A stretch of 64,000 nt of DNA from Octopus sinensis (Eukaryota). The stretch is taken from positions 20,894,001 to 20,958,000 of the forward strand of contig NC_043006.1 of the NCBI RefSeq assembly GCF_006345805.1. The letters are read 5' to 3'. The translations under genes and the position numbers were made by a program. Position 1 is the stretch's first letter. The number at the start of each line of letters is the position of its first letter. Positions 38,846-50,464 of this stretch are shown here, one piece after another. The notes beneath the pieces are model-generated. The model did no database searches, was not told the DNA's origin, and saw only the letters and a list, made by a program, of their open reading frames with translations.

Positions 38846-38940
38846 GATATATATTATATATATATATATGTCTATATATATATATGTATATATATATTAT
38901 ATATATATGTAGATATATATATATGTATATATATATATAT

Positions 38941-38971
<31 letters not shown>

Positions 38972-38995
38972 GTATATATATTATGTTATATATAT

Positions 38996-39030
<35 letters not shown>

Positions 39031-39081
39031 CTATATTATATATGTATGATATATATATTGTATATATATGTATATTATTTA

Positions 39082-39127
<46 letters not shown>

Positions 39128-39371
39128 GTATGTATATATATATATATGTATGTATATATATATATATGTAGTATATATATATATATTATGTATGTATATA
39201 TATATATATAGTAGTATATATATATATATATGTATGTATATATATATATGTATGTATTATATTATATATATGTATGTATATATATATATATATGTATGTA
39301 TATATATATATATGTATGTCTATATAATATATATTGTTGTATAATATATATATATGTATATATATATATAT
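38165..39371. repeat. ~1.2-kb imperfect (TA)n tract
   Basis: Direct reading. Confidence 0.95.
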
Positions 39372-39680
39372 GGAGGGGGCAATGACCTAGTGGTTAGGGC
39401 AGCGGACTCGCGGTCGCAGTCGCAGGATCGCGGTATCGATTCCCAGACGGGGCGTTGTGAGTGTTTATTGAGCGAAAACACCTAAAAGCTCCACGAGGCT
39501 CGGCAGGGGATGGGTGGTGATCCTGCTGTACTCTTTCACACTCTTTCTCCCACTTCTTCTGTTGGCCTGCTCGCTTAGCCAGGGGTGGCGTCATTCGAAG
39601 GCTAAAACAATGCGAACGCATTGTTACCAGCGATGTGTAACAACATCTGATGGTCTGGTCGGTCACGTGATCACGTGATA
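39371..39680 (+). mobile_element. SINE family C with C2 tail
   Basis: Matches 25692. Confidence 0.88.
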
Positions 39681-39765
39681 TATATATATTTTAATGTATA
39701 CATGCATATATATATACATATAAATATATATACATGCATATATATATGTATGTATGTAATATATG

Positions 39766-39834
<69 letters not shown>

Positions 39835-39888
39835 ATTGGTGAATTGAAGAAATGGAGCTGAACGCAGATTGAACAGAAATCGTTTTAT

Positions 39889-39974
39889 TTCATCTACACG
39901 TGTTTCGAAAGGCACAAATTACCAAAATCCGATTGAATAATGGGACCATATTGTGTCTTCTCTTCAGGGAAGAA
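39889..39974 (-). ncRNA. Type-I hammerhead-like motif
   Basis: Minus strand TTCTTC-C-CTGAAGA-GAAG a CACAA...TTGTG cc TTTC-GAA-ACACGTGT-A-GATGAA; intact core words, palindromic stem III, imperfect stem I. Confidence 0.55.
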
Positions 39975-40211
39975 AAAGGGAAATCCGTTGGAAAAACAAA
40001 AACAGAACAGAGGCGGAGCAAAAACAATCGAACTGTGCTCCTAAGAGCCCATGGCGAAACCGCCAGATGGTTGTACCTCCAACCGTGCTGTTTACTGCTG
40101 TGATTTTTGCTACTAAGGTATCGTTAAACTGTTGATTAATCTACTACAAGATTATTCATCTTTCTATTTCACATAATATATATATATATAATATATATAT
40201 AAAATATATAA

Positions 40212-40500
40212 ATCTTTAAATCTTTAAAATGTTTCAGTTTCAAAGCTGCGGTCATGCTGGGGCACCACCGTTGAATGTGCTACACCATTATTTGAAACCT
40301 CTGATATGTGTCATTTGGTCAATGAGGGAGTTTGTTGCCGCTGCCCTCATCTGTGTTTCCTGCCGTGAGGTAGGGTCATCTGGAACCCTTGACAAGAAGA
40401 GATCTAATTTTGTTTTGAAGACACTTACATCCACACCATGCAAGTCTCTCAGACATTTTGGAAGGATAATGAAGAGCTGTGGGCCCTTGAAACCTAACAT
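40212..40500 (-). mobile_element. CR1/L2-group LINE 3' end
   Basis: LGFKGPQLF.ILPKCLRDL.G.DV..FK.KLD.FL..VPD.P....RAA.TNSLIDQ* then short 3'UTR and (TTTAAAGA)n tail. Confidence 0.8.
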
Positions 40501-40623
40501 GTCCGAAATGTGGTCCTTTGCTATCCGTAAGACCCGCAGAAGAGAAGCAGGTCAACCCCCGACACCGAGAGCATCGACGGATGGATAAATGTGCATCCAG
40601 GCTCAGTGGTTGCGGGGATAAGA

Positions 40624-40707
40624 AAAAGGAAGTAACAGTGAGAGAAAGTTGGAGCGAAAGAGTACAACAGAGGTCGCCTCCACCCCTTGCCGGAAATCGT
40701 GGAGCTT
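40624..40707 (-). mobile_element. SINE-C central domain, co-oriented ~120 bp upstream of the LINE 3' end
   Basis: AAGCTCCACGA..CCGGCAAGGGG...GTACTCTTTCGCTCCAACTTTCTCTCACTGTTACTTCCT. Confidence 0.75.
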
Positions 40708-41953
40708 GGGAAAATATAAAAATGTTTAACAACTGTTCAATCCATACATGCTAGGTAAGCGTGAATGTAAAAGGCTTCTGCTGCTGAATAAGTACAATAT
40801 GTATAGGGAGAGTTTACGAAAAAAAAACAAACAAAAGACGAAGACAGATGGTGTACAAAACAAACAGATGTAATAGTATAACGCTCAGGAATAGAAAAAG
40901 TCTTTTACGTTTCGAGCCTACAAGTGGATATAAGAGGGAGAAAAGGGAAGTGAACATTTCAAGAATAATACTGGAAATAAAAGTTTTTAAAAAAAATTAA
41001 ATGATTACATGACAAAAAATATATATATATATGAAGATAAATAAAAATCATAATTGAGAATTGAATTGATAGATTATTTTAAAATATAAAAAATTACTAT
41101 TTGATGTAAACACAAGGGATTTAGTAAATTAAGTGAATATGATGGATGGGGGTTAAGGAACAAAGGGTATAACTGTTGGATGGAAAATAAACAATTATAG
41201 AATTAAATGTAAATATTTTGTAAAATGTTTTTCGGAATATTTTTTCGTTTACGATCGAAACATTGCGAAGTTATCGAAAGATGCAAATTTAGTAATTAAA
41301 AAAATTTCATTTCGGTTATAGCTCGAACTATCTCAACAGAATTTAGGATATTAATCTCTAAATTCAATGTTTACAGTTGGTATTTTCAATACTTGATCAG
41401 TTTATTTTTACATTTCCGTTTTTTTGTCTTTAACACTCCCGATGTGTGTAGAAAACGATGTGTCATTTCTATAGCAGAGAGTGCTCACACCTCAGTAAGA
41501 CGCATAAAGGGATAAACTAGAAAGAAAATGATTTGCTTCAATTGTCCTTTTAGTCCAAATGACATTTCTAATATAGCAAAATATTTCCTATACCTAATGG
41601 AGAAGCACTTTCCCGACTCACAAAGATATAACTAATGTTTTAATGAAATGAAATGCATATTGGATGCAGTTGCACAGAAAATCCTGTCGCATCAACATCA
41701 AGGAATAACGGGAGAAATATCACTATAGCAATCATAAACAGCTTTGAAGATGAATTTGCTCACTCAACGGAAAGTGCCTTGTCAAAGCATTTGTGTACGG
41801 AACTATACTTTTTCGCCTGCTGTAATAATTAGGAACTATATCGGTTGTCCTAATGAGTTTCTTTTAAAAATCTCTAAACCCAATATCCATTTCCCTTGTA
41901 ATATTGGGATAACAGAAATGCATCTACTAAATTTGTTTCGAATATTTATCCAA

Positions 41954-42793
41954 GGGAAGAAGTTCAAAAAAGATAACACCTTTCCAATCCCACCATATCG
42001 ATAACAGAAATTTCTTTGGGTGAAGACCTGCTTTGGGTGTTCGTTTTGGAGAATCCCCTGCTTTTTCCATGATCTTTCTTTCACATTATTGTAAACTACC
42101 CACTTTTCATCTCCAGTAACAATTCTTCTCAAAAAGGGTTCGTTGTTTTCCCTTTTCAGTAATGAATCGCAAATGGAAACCCTCTGGACAAGATTTGCTT
42201 CTGTCAATTTATGGGAACCCAAACATCAAGTTTAGAAACGGAACCAAGTTTATGCAATTCCTTTTCCACACTTGTTTTGGATATGTTAAGAATATCTGCG
42301 ATTTGTCTGGTCGTAAGACTGCAGTCTTTTTTGACTGCAGAAGACTGCAGTCTTGTTTGACTGCAGTCTTGTTTGACTGAAGCTCTCAGTTGGTCGATGT
42401 CAATTTCTTTTCGCCGGCCAGAGCGAGGTGCATCGCTTACTGAAAAATTCCCTGATCGAAATCGAGCAAACCATTTCTGGCACACCCGTTCTGAAACAAC
42501 ATTCTCTCCATACACATTGCATAACTTTCGGCAAGTTTCTGTTGCTTTCTTTCCTTTTCTGAAATAAAAAAGCATAAGATGCCGATAGTGCTCTGCCCGG
42601 TCTTACATGTCTAGGCTCAAATGCAATCAAACAAGTTGCAATCTCTCTCCTTTGAGGCTTGGTACACACTGAAGTAACCTTGGTCGTTATACCGAATACA
42701 GTTTCTAAAAAAAAAAGAATATCGAAACAGTGATTAGAAGACCGGACAGTTGATACTAAAAAAAAACGAACGGACTTATTGGCCAACCCAATA
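41954..42793 (-). mobile_element. Truncated mariner transposon (mellifera-subfamily-like), transposase pseudogene
   Basis: TA|TTGGGTTGGCCAATAAGT left TIR; M*DRAEHYRHLMLFYFRKGK, RSGR, WVP, FLRRIVTGDEKWVVYNN, PKAGLHPKK..SIWWDWKGVIFFELLP; stop at codon 2, frameshifts, ends before the second catalytic Asp. Confidence 0.93.
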
Positions 42794-43020
42794 ATATCAT
42801 AGCTAAGGATGTTACCAACTATATCACAGATGCTTCTCAAACTATTTTATACCAGAAACAGAGTTTGGTGTATTATAATGATCATAGTGTACGACAGTGA
42901 GAATTAAACTGAGTGGGCGAGAAGATGCAGGAAAAAGAACTGGGGACAAAAAGAAGAAATAACAATTAAGAATGAATTAGGGCAAAGACAAGTATTAACT
43001 CAGGAGACTGATTAAGTGGT

Positions 43021-43402
43021 GGAAGCACTCCGTCGGTTACGACGACGAGGGTTCCGGTTGATCCGATCAACGGAACAGCCTGCTCGTGAAATTAACGTGT
43101 AAGTGGCTGAGCACTCCACAGACACGTGTACCCTTAACGTAGTTCTCGGGGATATTCAGCGTGACACAGAGAGTGACAAGGCCGGCCCTTTGAAATACAG
43201 GTACAACAGAAACAGGAAGTAAGAGTGAGAGAAAGTTGTGGTGAAAGAGTACAGCAGGGATCACCACCATCTCTGCCGGAGCCTCGTGGAGCTTTAGGTG
43301 TTTTCGCTCAATAAACACTCACAACGCCCGGTCTGGGAATCGAAACCGCGATCCTACGATCGCAAGTCCGCTGCCCTAACCACTGGGCCATTGCGCCTCC
43401 AC
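43021..43402 (-). mobile_element. SINE family C, C1 tail
   Basis: Near-identical to 24519. Confidence 0.92.
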
Positions 43403-43866
43403 ACTGGTTAAGTAATGGGACGTTCAAGCAGATGGTGGAATATTTAATGTTCCATACTTTAAACATATATTTCTGAATGTGGCGATACATAGTGAAGATC
43501 TCTGGTCCGACACTCTTTGTTAAATTATCAGTCATTATCACTACTGCTATTTAAATCCCTTTAAGCATACTGAACAAAATCTACGCGATCATTGTTCTTA
43601 ACCGATACAGAAGAAATAAGTCACTCGACAGAATAGTTCTTAATATTAATAATTTAAGGTCCTTCATATACCTACACGCACGTAATGGAATACCTAAAAC
43701 TGCATAAATAGATATAACACTTTGTATGTATAAATATACCAATATTTAGTAAAAAAATGATATTTTCAACGACTGAAAATATTTTAGCCTGCCTGGATAC
43801 GAAAATTCCAATAACATAATGATGCATTAATACTAATGGACTACACACACACGCACGCACGCACAC

Positions 43867-43910
<44 letters not shown>

Positions 43911-43913
<3 letters not shown>

Positions 43914-44041
43914 GTCCTATTTTCCATTTTTTCCCTCGTTGCATATTTAACTCCTTTGTTTTCGTACACCATGTTGTTTACACAGTTGGTGACGTCTTGT
44001 ACCCATATATCTATATCTATATCTATATCTATCTATCTATC

Positions 44042-44083
<42 letters not shown>

Positions 44084-44780
44084 ATATCTATCTATCTCTC
44101 TCCTTCTCTCTCTCTCTCTATATATATATATATCATATATATTATATATATATAATTTATATTATTATTTATTGAACGTCACGCATCCATTCCAAGTATC
44201 TTTATCTTAATCTTTTTTGATGCGACTCTACTCTATACTGTTTTCTCCCCCTTCTCTGTTTCCAATTTTCTCCCCTTTACCGTTTTCTATCTGTCTCTCT
44301 TTTCTCCTTTTTTCTCTCTCTCTCTCTCGTTGCTCACACGTAACCATCGTCCATCTTTTTTCCTCACGTGATCATCTTTCTTTTCCTGCACGAAGTTCTA
44401 AGGACTGGACGTATTCTATTTCTTCTATCAAAGAAAATATTTCTCCCAGCGTTCACTATTTTCCTCTCGTCCTGGTCTAACGATCCTCCATGCTTGTTTT
44501 CGTTCAGTTTCCTTGTATGTATCCATTGTCCTGTTTTTGTTCCCAACTTTGACCCTCCATAAATCCAAAATTTCATTTTGGAATGTATGGGAGCAACTGT
44601 CTGCGAAGACTCATATTGTCGCTGAATGCTCGAAATGAGGAGTAGATCATCGACAGCCGACAACTGATGAAGGGTCATTCTTTGTGTTACTTTTCCTTTT
44701 TTCCATTTTTCTCTCGTTGTTGCGTATTTAACTCGTTTATTTTCGTACTCAGTTGTTTACACAGTTGGTGACATCTGTAC

Positions 44781-44786
<6 letters not shown>
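43911..44786 (+). repeat. Family G: 3' end of one unit, a microsatellite, then a complete ~620-bp unit
   Basis: GTTGTTTACACAGTTGGTGAC..TGTACCCATATAT at ~43975-44010 and ~44752-44786. Confidence 0.7.
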
Positions 44787-44853
<67 letters not shown>

Positions 44854-44928
44854 CATATATATATATATAGATAGATAGATAAGAAAGTTGGTTTGTGAAA
44901 GCACGTGGTTGAATATATAGAAAAATAG

Positions 44929-45108
44929 AAAAGTGAAAAAACTACAGAAGGCTTAAATGTTAAAAAATATATATTTGCGTCGATATGTCTGAAGAATATT
45001 AAAAAAAATTTATTAATATTCTTCAAAAAATTTTTTTAATATTCTTCAGACATATTGACGCAAATATATATTTTTTAACATTTAAGCCTTCTGTAGTTTT
45101 TCACTTTT
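44929..45108. repeat. Near-perfect inverted repeat (~82-bp arms)
   Basis: AAAAGTGAAAAAACTACAGAAGG...CTGAAGAATATT and its reverse complement. Confidence 0.9.
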
Positions 45109-45110
45109 AC

Positions 45111-45160
<50 letters not shown>

Positions 45161-45173
45161 GATATATATATAT

Positions 45174-45205
<32 letters not shown>

Positions 45206-45235
45206 GATATTGTATGTATGTATGTATATGTATAT

Positions 45236-45283
<48 letters not shown>

Positions 45284-46099
45284 AATATAGATATAGATAT
45301 AAGATAAATATGGGAAATAATTTTTCCGACATTCAGCCCTCCTCAAATTTCTGTATTCCCAAAAGCTTTGATACATCATAATATTTTACAGATTATCTCA
45401 TTCATTACATCACCACATGCTGCAAAGTTTCCCCTGCTTCCTTCAACCACATGAATATTGGTCAAATATTGCATGTTTTCATATGCATAATATTACGACA
45501 TTTGTTTCGACGCTTTTTCTAAGAATTTGAAAACAGGAACTGGCTCGCATTTATGTATTATTCTATTTATCACTCTACTTAACAATATTGTTTTCAAATT
45601 TTGGTACAGATTTGGGGGAAGGTCTAAGTCGATTAAATCGACTCCAGTGTCCAACCGCTACTTATTTCATCGACCCTGAAGGGATGAAAGCAAACCCCAA
45701 GGAGGAATTTGAACTCAGAACGTAGAGACGGACAAAAGGCCGCTAAGCATTTCTCTCAGCGTGCTAATAATTCTGCTCGCACCTCAACATGCTCTGCTTT
45801 ACAATACTGACACAAGGTTATTTAATATATATAATGTTAAGGTTAGATATTCTTGTCTAGACAATAAGAGTTCCATCGTTGTATGTTGCAAAAGAAAACA
45901 GCATATACACAGAGAGGCTTTTGTTTAAGCACATTCTTAAAACCATTTGTCCATCTATGAGATTCAACCATTTTAAGGCACAGGTCTGCAGATCAGTTTC
46001 AGTTTATCTGGTTACAGCACGAAGAGAAGAAATAAATATCATTTAATAAACATCATACAATCCTCTTCCTGCGATTCTAAATACGTACATACATAAATA

Positions 46100-46175
46100 A
46101 ACGTGGATATATATGTGTGTGTGTATGTGTGTATGTTTGTGTGTGTGCTTCATAACCTGCATATATATATATATG

Positions 46176-46206
<31 letters not shown>

Positions 46207-46247
46207 CATATATATATACGTATATATATATGCATATATATATATAC

Positions 46248-46278
<31 letters not shown>

Positions 46279-46281
46279 ATC

Positions 46282-46359
<78 letters not shown>

Positions 46360-46901
46360 ACTCACACATCAGTGTGCATATTGTATATAGGTATATCTTA
46401 ATACAACACTCACACACATATATGCGCATGTTTTCATGCGCTTATGAATTAATGTGGTAAATATATAACATATATACATGTACATACATACATACATACA
46501 TACATACAACAACATATCTATGTATATATATATATATATGCATATATACATACATGTACATATGCAGCGTTATATGCATTGAATGCATATATGTATATAT
46601 TCATATATATATATATTATATATATGCACACCTGTATGTGTACAGGTATTCATGCGTATAGATAATATATATATGCATATATATATATTATATATATATA
46701 TATAGTATTGTACATGTATATATATAATATATATATAATATATGTACATATGTGTATATATATGTGTGCGTGTGTGTGAGTTTGTGTGTGTGAGTTGTGT
46801 GTGTGTATGTATGTGTTGTGTGTGTGAATACATATCTATCTATAACACCTGTATCTTTCTACATATATATACATAACTTATACGTATATATGTATGTGCT
46901 A

Positions 46902-46937
<36 letters not shown>

Positions 46938-46943
46938 CATATA

Positions 46944-46990
<47 letters not shown>

Positions 46991-47020
46991 ATATGTGCTA
47001 TAATCTTATATATATATATC
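46100..47020. repeat. Compound TA/TG-rich microsatellite field
   Basis: Direct reading. Confidence 0.9.
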
Positions 47021-47493
47021 GTAGTTAATCAGGAATGATGATTTATGTATATAGTACAAACCACCTCACCGTCCGTAGGCATCAGACGAGTGAATGCTAT
47101 TTTCTTAAAATGCTATTCTCTTGCTATCTATCAGACACTTGATATTGCGGCTAACAATGAAGAATAAATACCACTGCTATTCGAAATTACAGTAAGATTA
47201 GAAAGACACACAAAGCCACCATTTTAAGTGTATATCTGAAATACTTCAGCATGAGCAACAATGCAAAACAGCCGAATGCGAAAGACAGTGGATTTATGGC
47301 GAGGCAGATTGTAGCTGTTTACAGACATGTCACTAGATATAGCAGCAATTTAAGTGAAATCTTATTTTTTTTTGCTTTCTATTCCACTCCACGAAATAAC
47401 ACCATTTATTTCCCATGATTTCTTATTTATTTATTTTTTTATTTTGTGCTATGAATGTTATGCTTGAAAATTGCATAGTTTCCATGTACGGTT

Positions 47494-47535
<42 letters not shown>

Positions 47536-47573
47536 GCATAAGTATATGTATCTCTATCTATCTATCTATCTAT

Positions 47574-48360
47574 CTGTTATTTTCCGCAAGGAAATGTGCA
47601 GCCATCATCAGCATGGTCCCATATAAAATGCAATTTGCTGGACTAGATGCAAACACGATACCGAAATATCGCATGCATGGAGTTGAAACTAATTAGTACA
47701 TGGGTAAATATTTATTCGTATATTTTCACTTGTTTATTGCTATGGTTTTGTGTTGAGTTTGATCTGAGAACATAATATTTTGTGTAGAATGGCGATTTGA
47801 CGTCTATATCTAGCATGTTGGACTGCACTTTTCGTGTTCAGTCCTTAATTGGTATATATAAATATTTTATCTTCGGATTTTTTTAATATGCTAGACCACT
47901 GGTTCTAATTGATAAATATCAATTTTACCCTAAATTAATTTTATATAAATAGATGTTCTCTAACCGATAAATTAACTGCTGCTAATTATTAGCTGCAGGC
48001 TAGTTTTCTCGGGTCTCATCGCGCCAAAAGTAAAGGCATTTGAAATATATATTCAAATGTAATAGGCTGTACTCCATGCATGCGATATTTCGGTATCGTG
48101 TTTGCATCTAGTCCAGCAAATTGCATTTTATATGGGACCATGCTGATGATGGCTGCACTTTTCCTTGCGGAAAATAACAGTTGAAACTAATTAGTACATG
48201 GGTAAATATTTATTTCGTATATTTTCACTTGTTTATTGCTATGGTTTTGTGTTGAGTTTGATCTGAGAACATAATCTTTTGTGGAGAATGGAGATTTGAC
48301 GTCTATATCTAGCATGTTGACTGTTCACTTTTCGTGTTCAGTCCTTAATTGGTATATATA
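47574..48360 (+). mobile_element. Partial tandem of PLE-type terminal repeats with an inverted 110-bp segment
   Basis: 47684-47860 repeats at 48181-48360; 47574-47683 is the reverse complement of 48071-48180. Confidence 0.75.
48138..48201 (+). ncRNA. Type-I hammerhead ribozyme candidate with intact core
   Basis: CCATG-CTGATGA-T-GGCTG [TTTTCC ttgc GGAAAA] CAGTT-GAA-ACTAATTAGT-A-CATGG; predicted cut after GUA at 48196. Confidence 0.7.
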
Positions 48361-48386
48361 TATATATTCACACAGAGAAAAACAAC

Positions 48387-48799
48387 GGATCTTTTCGGTT
48401 TGAACGGCAGTTTTTTCTAGCGGTGTCATATGAAATTGTCACCCATAATTATGATCCTAGTATCGATTTATTGCATTTCAATCTGTTTTAGGGTTAGGGT
48501 TAGAGTTAGGGGTGGTGGGACAGCTATCTTTTTTCTTCAGAAATGTAAATAAACCCAATCTGTTTCTTAAACGAGGGACATATTCATACAGCACAGAATG
48601 TTTTCACCTAAATAGACGTCATTGACTGGTTGAAATTGCAGAAAAACAAAAACAGATATCTTACAAACTATAGAATTTTCTCAATACAGCCAAGAGAAAA
48701 AGATGTTTCATAAACACATTCTACCAGTATACGAAGTATAAAAGTGTTTAGTTACTTGGAAATTATTTAAAAAAACTGCCGTTCAAACCGAAGAGATAC
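48387..48799. mobile_element. MITE (Merlin-like)
   Basis: TIRs as at 7559, right end slightly decayed; TSD AAAACAAC/AAAGCAAC. Confidence 0.85.
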
Positions 48800-48869
48800 A
48801 AAGCAACTTGTTTTATTCTCACACATATACTCATAAACGTAAATTAGCTGCATATATATATAATATATA

Positions 48870-48909
<40 letters not shown>

Positions 48910-49021
48910 ATATATATATATATACACACACACATATATATGTGTGTGGGGTGTGTCGGCAGGTGGAAATTTGTTTTACACGCACTGTCGACTTTTTACT
49001 TGTCAATATTAAAAGGCTTAA

Positions 49022-49411
49022 GGCGGCGAGCTAGCAGAAACGTTAGCACGCCGGGCGAAATGCGTAGCCGTACTTCGTCTGCCGTTACGTTCTGAGTTCA
49101 AATTCCGCCGAGATCGACTTTGCCTTTCATGGGGGTCGATTAAATAAGTACCAGTTATGCACTGGGGTCGATGTACTCGACTTAATCCGTTTGTCTGTCC
49201 TTGTTTGTCCTCTCTGTGTTTAGCCCCTTGTGAGTAGTAAAGAAATAGGTATTTCGTCTGTCTTTACATTCTGAGTTCAAATTCCGCTGAGGTCGACTTT
49301 GTCTTTCATCTTTTCGGGGGTCAATAAATTAAGTTCCAGTTGCGTACTGGGGTCGATCAAATCGACTGCCCCTCCCCCAAAATTTCGGGCCTTGTGCCTA
49401 GAGTAGAAACG
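49022..49411 (+). mobile_element. SINE-B B1-B2 heterodimer flanked as one unit by a 17-bp TSD
   Basis: AATATTAAAAGGCTTAA at 49005-49021 and 49412-49428; junction GAAATAGGTATTTC at ~49247. Confidence 0.88.
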
Positions 49412-50464
49412 AATATTAAAAGGCTTAATGTGTACACCTGGCCATGCATGTAGAATCGTTATACATAGGTGCATAGATACAAACGCACATACAGACATAC
49501 GCAAGCAACATACATACATACATACATACATACATACATACATACATACATACATACATACATACATACATACATACATACGTACATACATATGTGGTGG
49601 ATTTTGCAGGCATGAAGTGGATTCGATCCACCATAGCCAAATTTCAAGTAACACCTCAACAGAAATTTTCTAACTGTGGAACAATGTTTTTTTTTCTTTT
49701 CTGTACAGCAGTTTTACATTTGTCAGATTGCCTTAGCTTGGCCGAAATAATGTCTTCACCACTTGGCTCTTATAACCTCTTCTATTTTACCAAAAGCTAG
49801 AATTAAGATAATAAAACCACCAACTAAATCTATTGTTCCCAATTATATGTCTATCCTTCTGGATAGTTATAAAAACAAGAACCCCCAAGCAAAAATCAGT
49901 TAGTCACTTGGTGACAACTCAGTCAGTTAGCGTCAACTCAAGTTGGTGAGTTAGTGAGAACGGGGTCTGGCTGACCGGCTGAACATAACGCCGTCTCTAA
50001 AGATAAGGGCACAAATATGACAACTATGGTAACTCACCAACGAAGCAGTTGTTTCGTTCCACACTCTCTCACTCTCACAAGCTCACTTTATTTTCTCTTA
50101 CAGCATCACTCTATTTCTATCTACAGAATGACGGGAACACAAACACAAACTATACAAGGAAGATCTGCGACATCTATCTTTACTTCGCATGCTTTTGGAT
50201 TTTATCACCTGCCCGTCGAGGCAAGATATTGCATAACGTAACGGTAAAATAAATATTTTCTTCACAACTTCAGTCACTGTTCTTTCATCTTCACACAATG
50301 GTAATCAACGAAGAACCAATCCTTACAAAATGGTTCCGACTCCGACGTTCCATATTATTGTTTACAAAGATTAACTCCTGCCGTTACACATTTCAAGACA
50401 TCGCTTACACAGACAGACACACACAGACACACAGACACACACAGACACACACATTAGAATTATT

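Noticed and set aside
44364-44678. Minus-strand peptide similarity among family G copies (GNKNRT...AWR.VRP)
   Set aside because: Explained by nucleotide similarity; stops upstream and no evidence of codon-level conservation
50128-50241. Candidate exon after a strong polypyrimidine/TACAG acceptor with a GTAAAA donor
   Set aside because: No recognisable peptide in any frame; splice-like signals are common in AT-rich DNA
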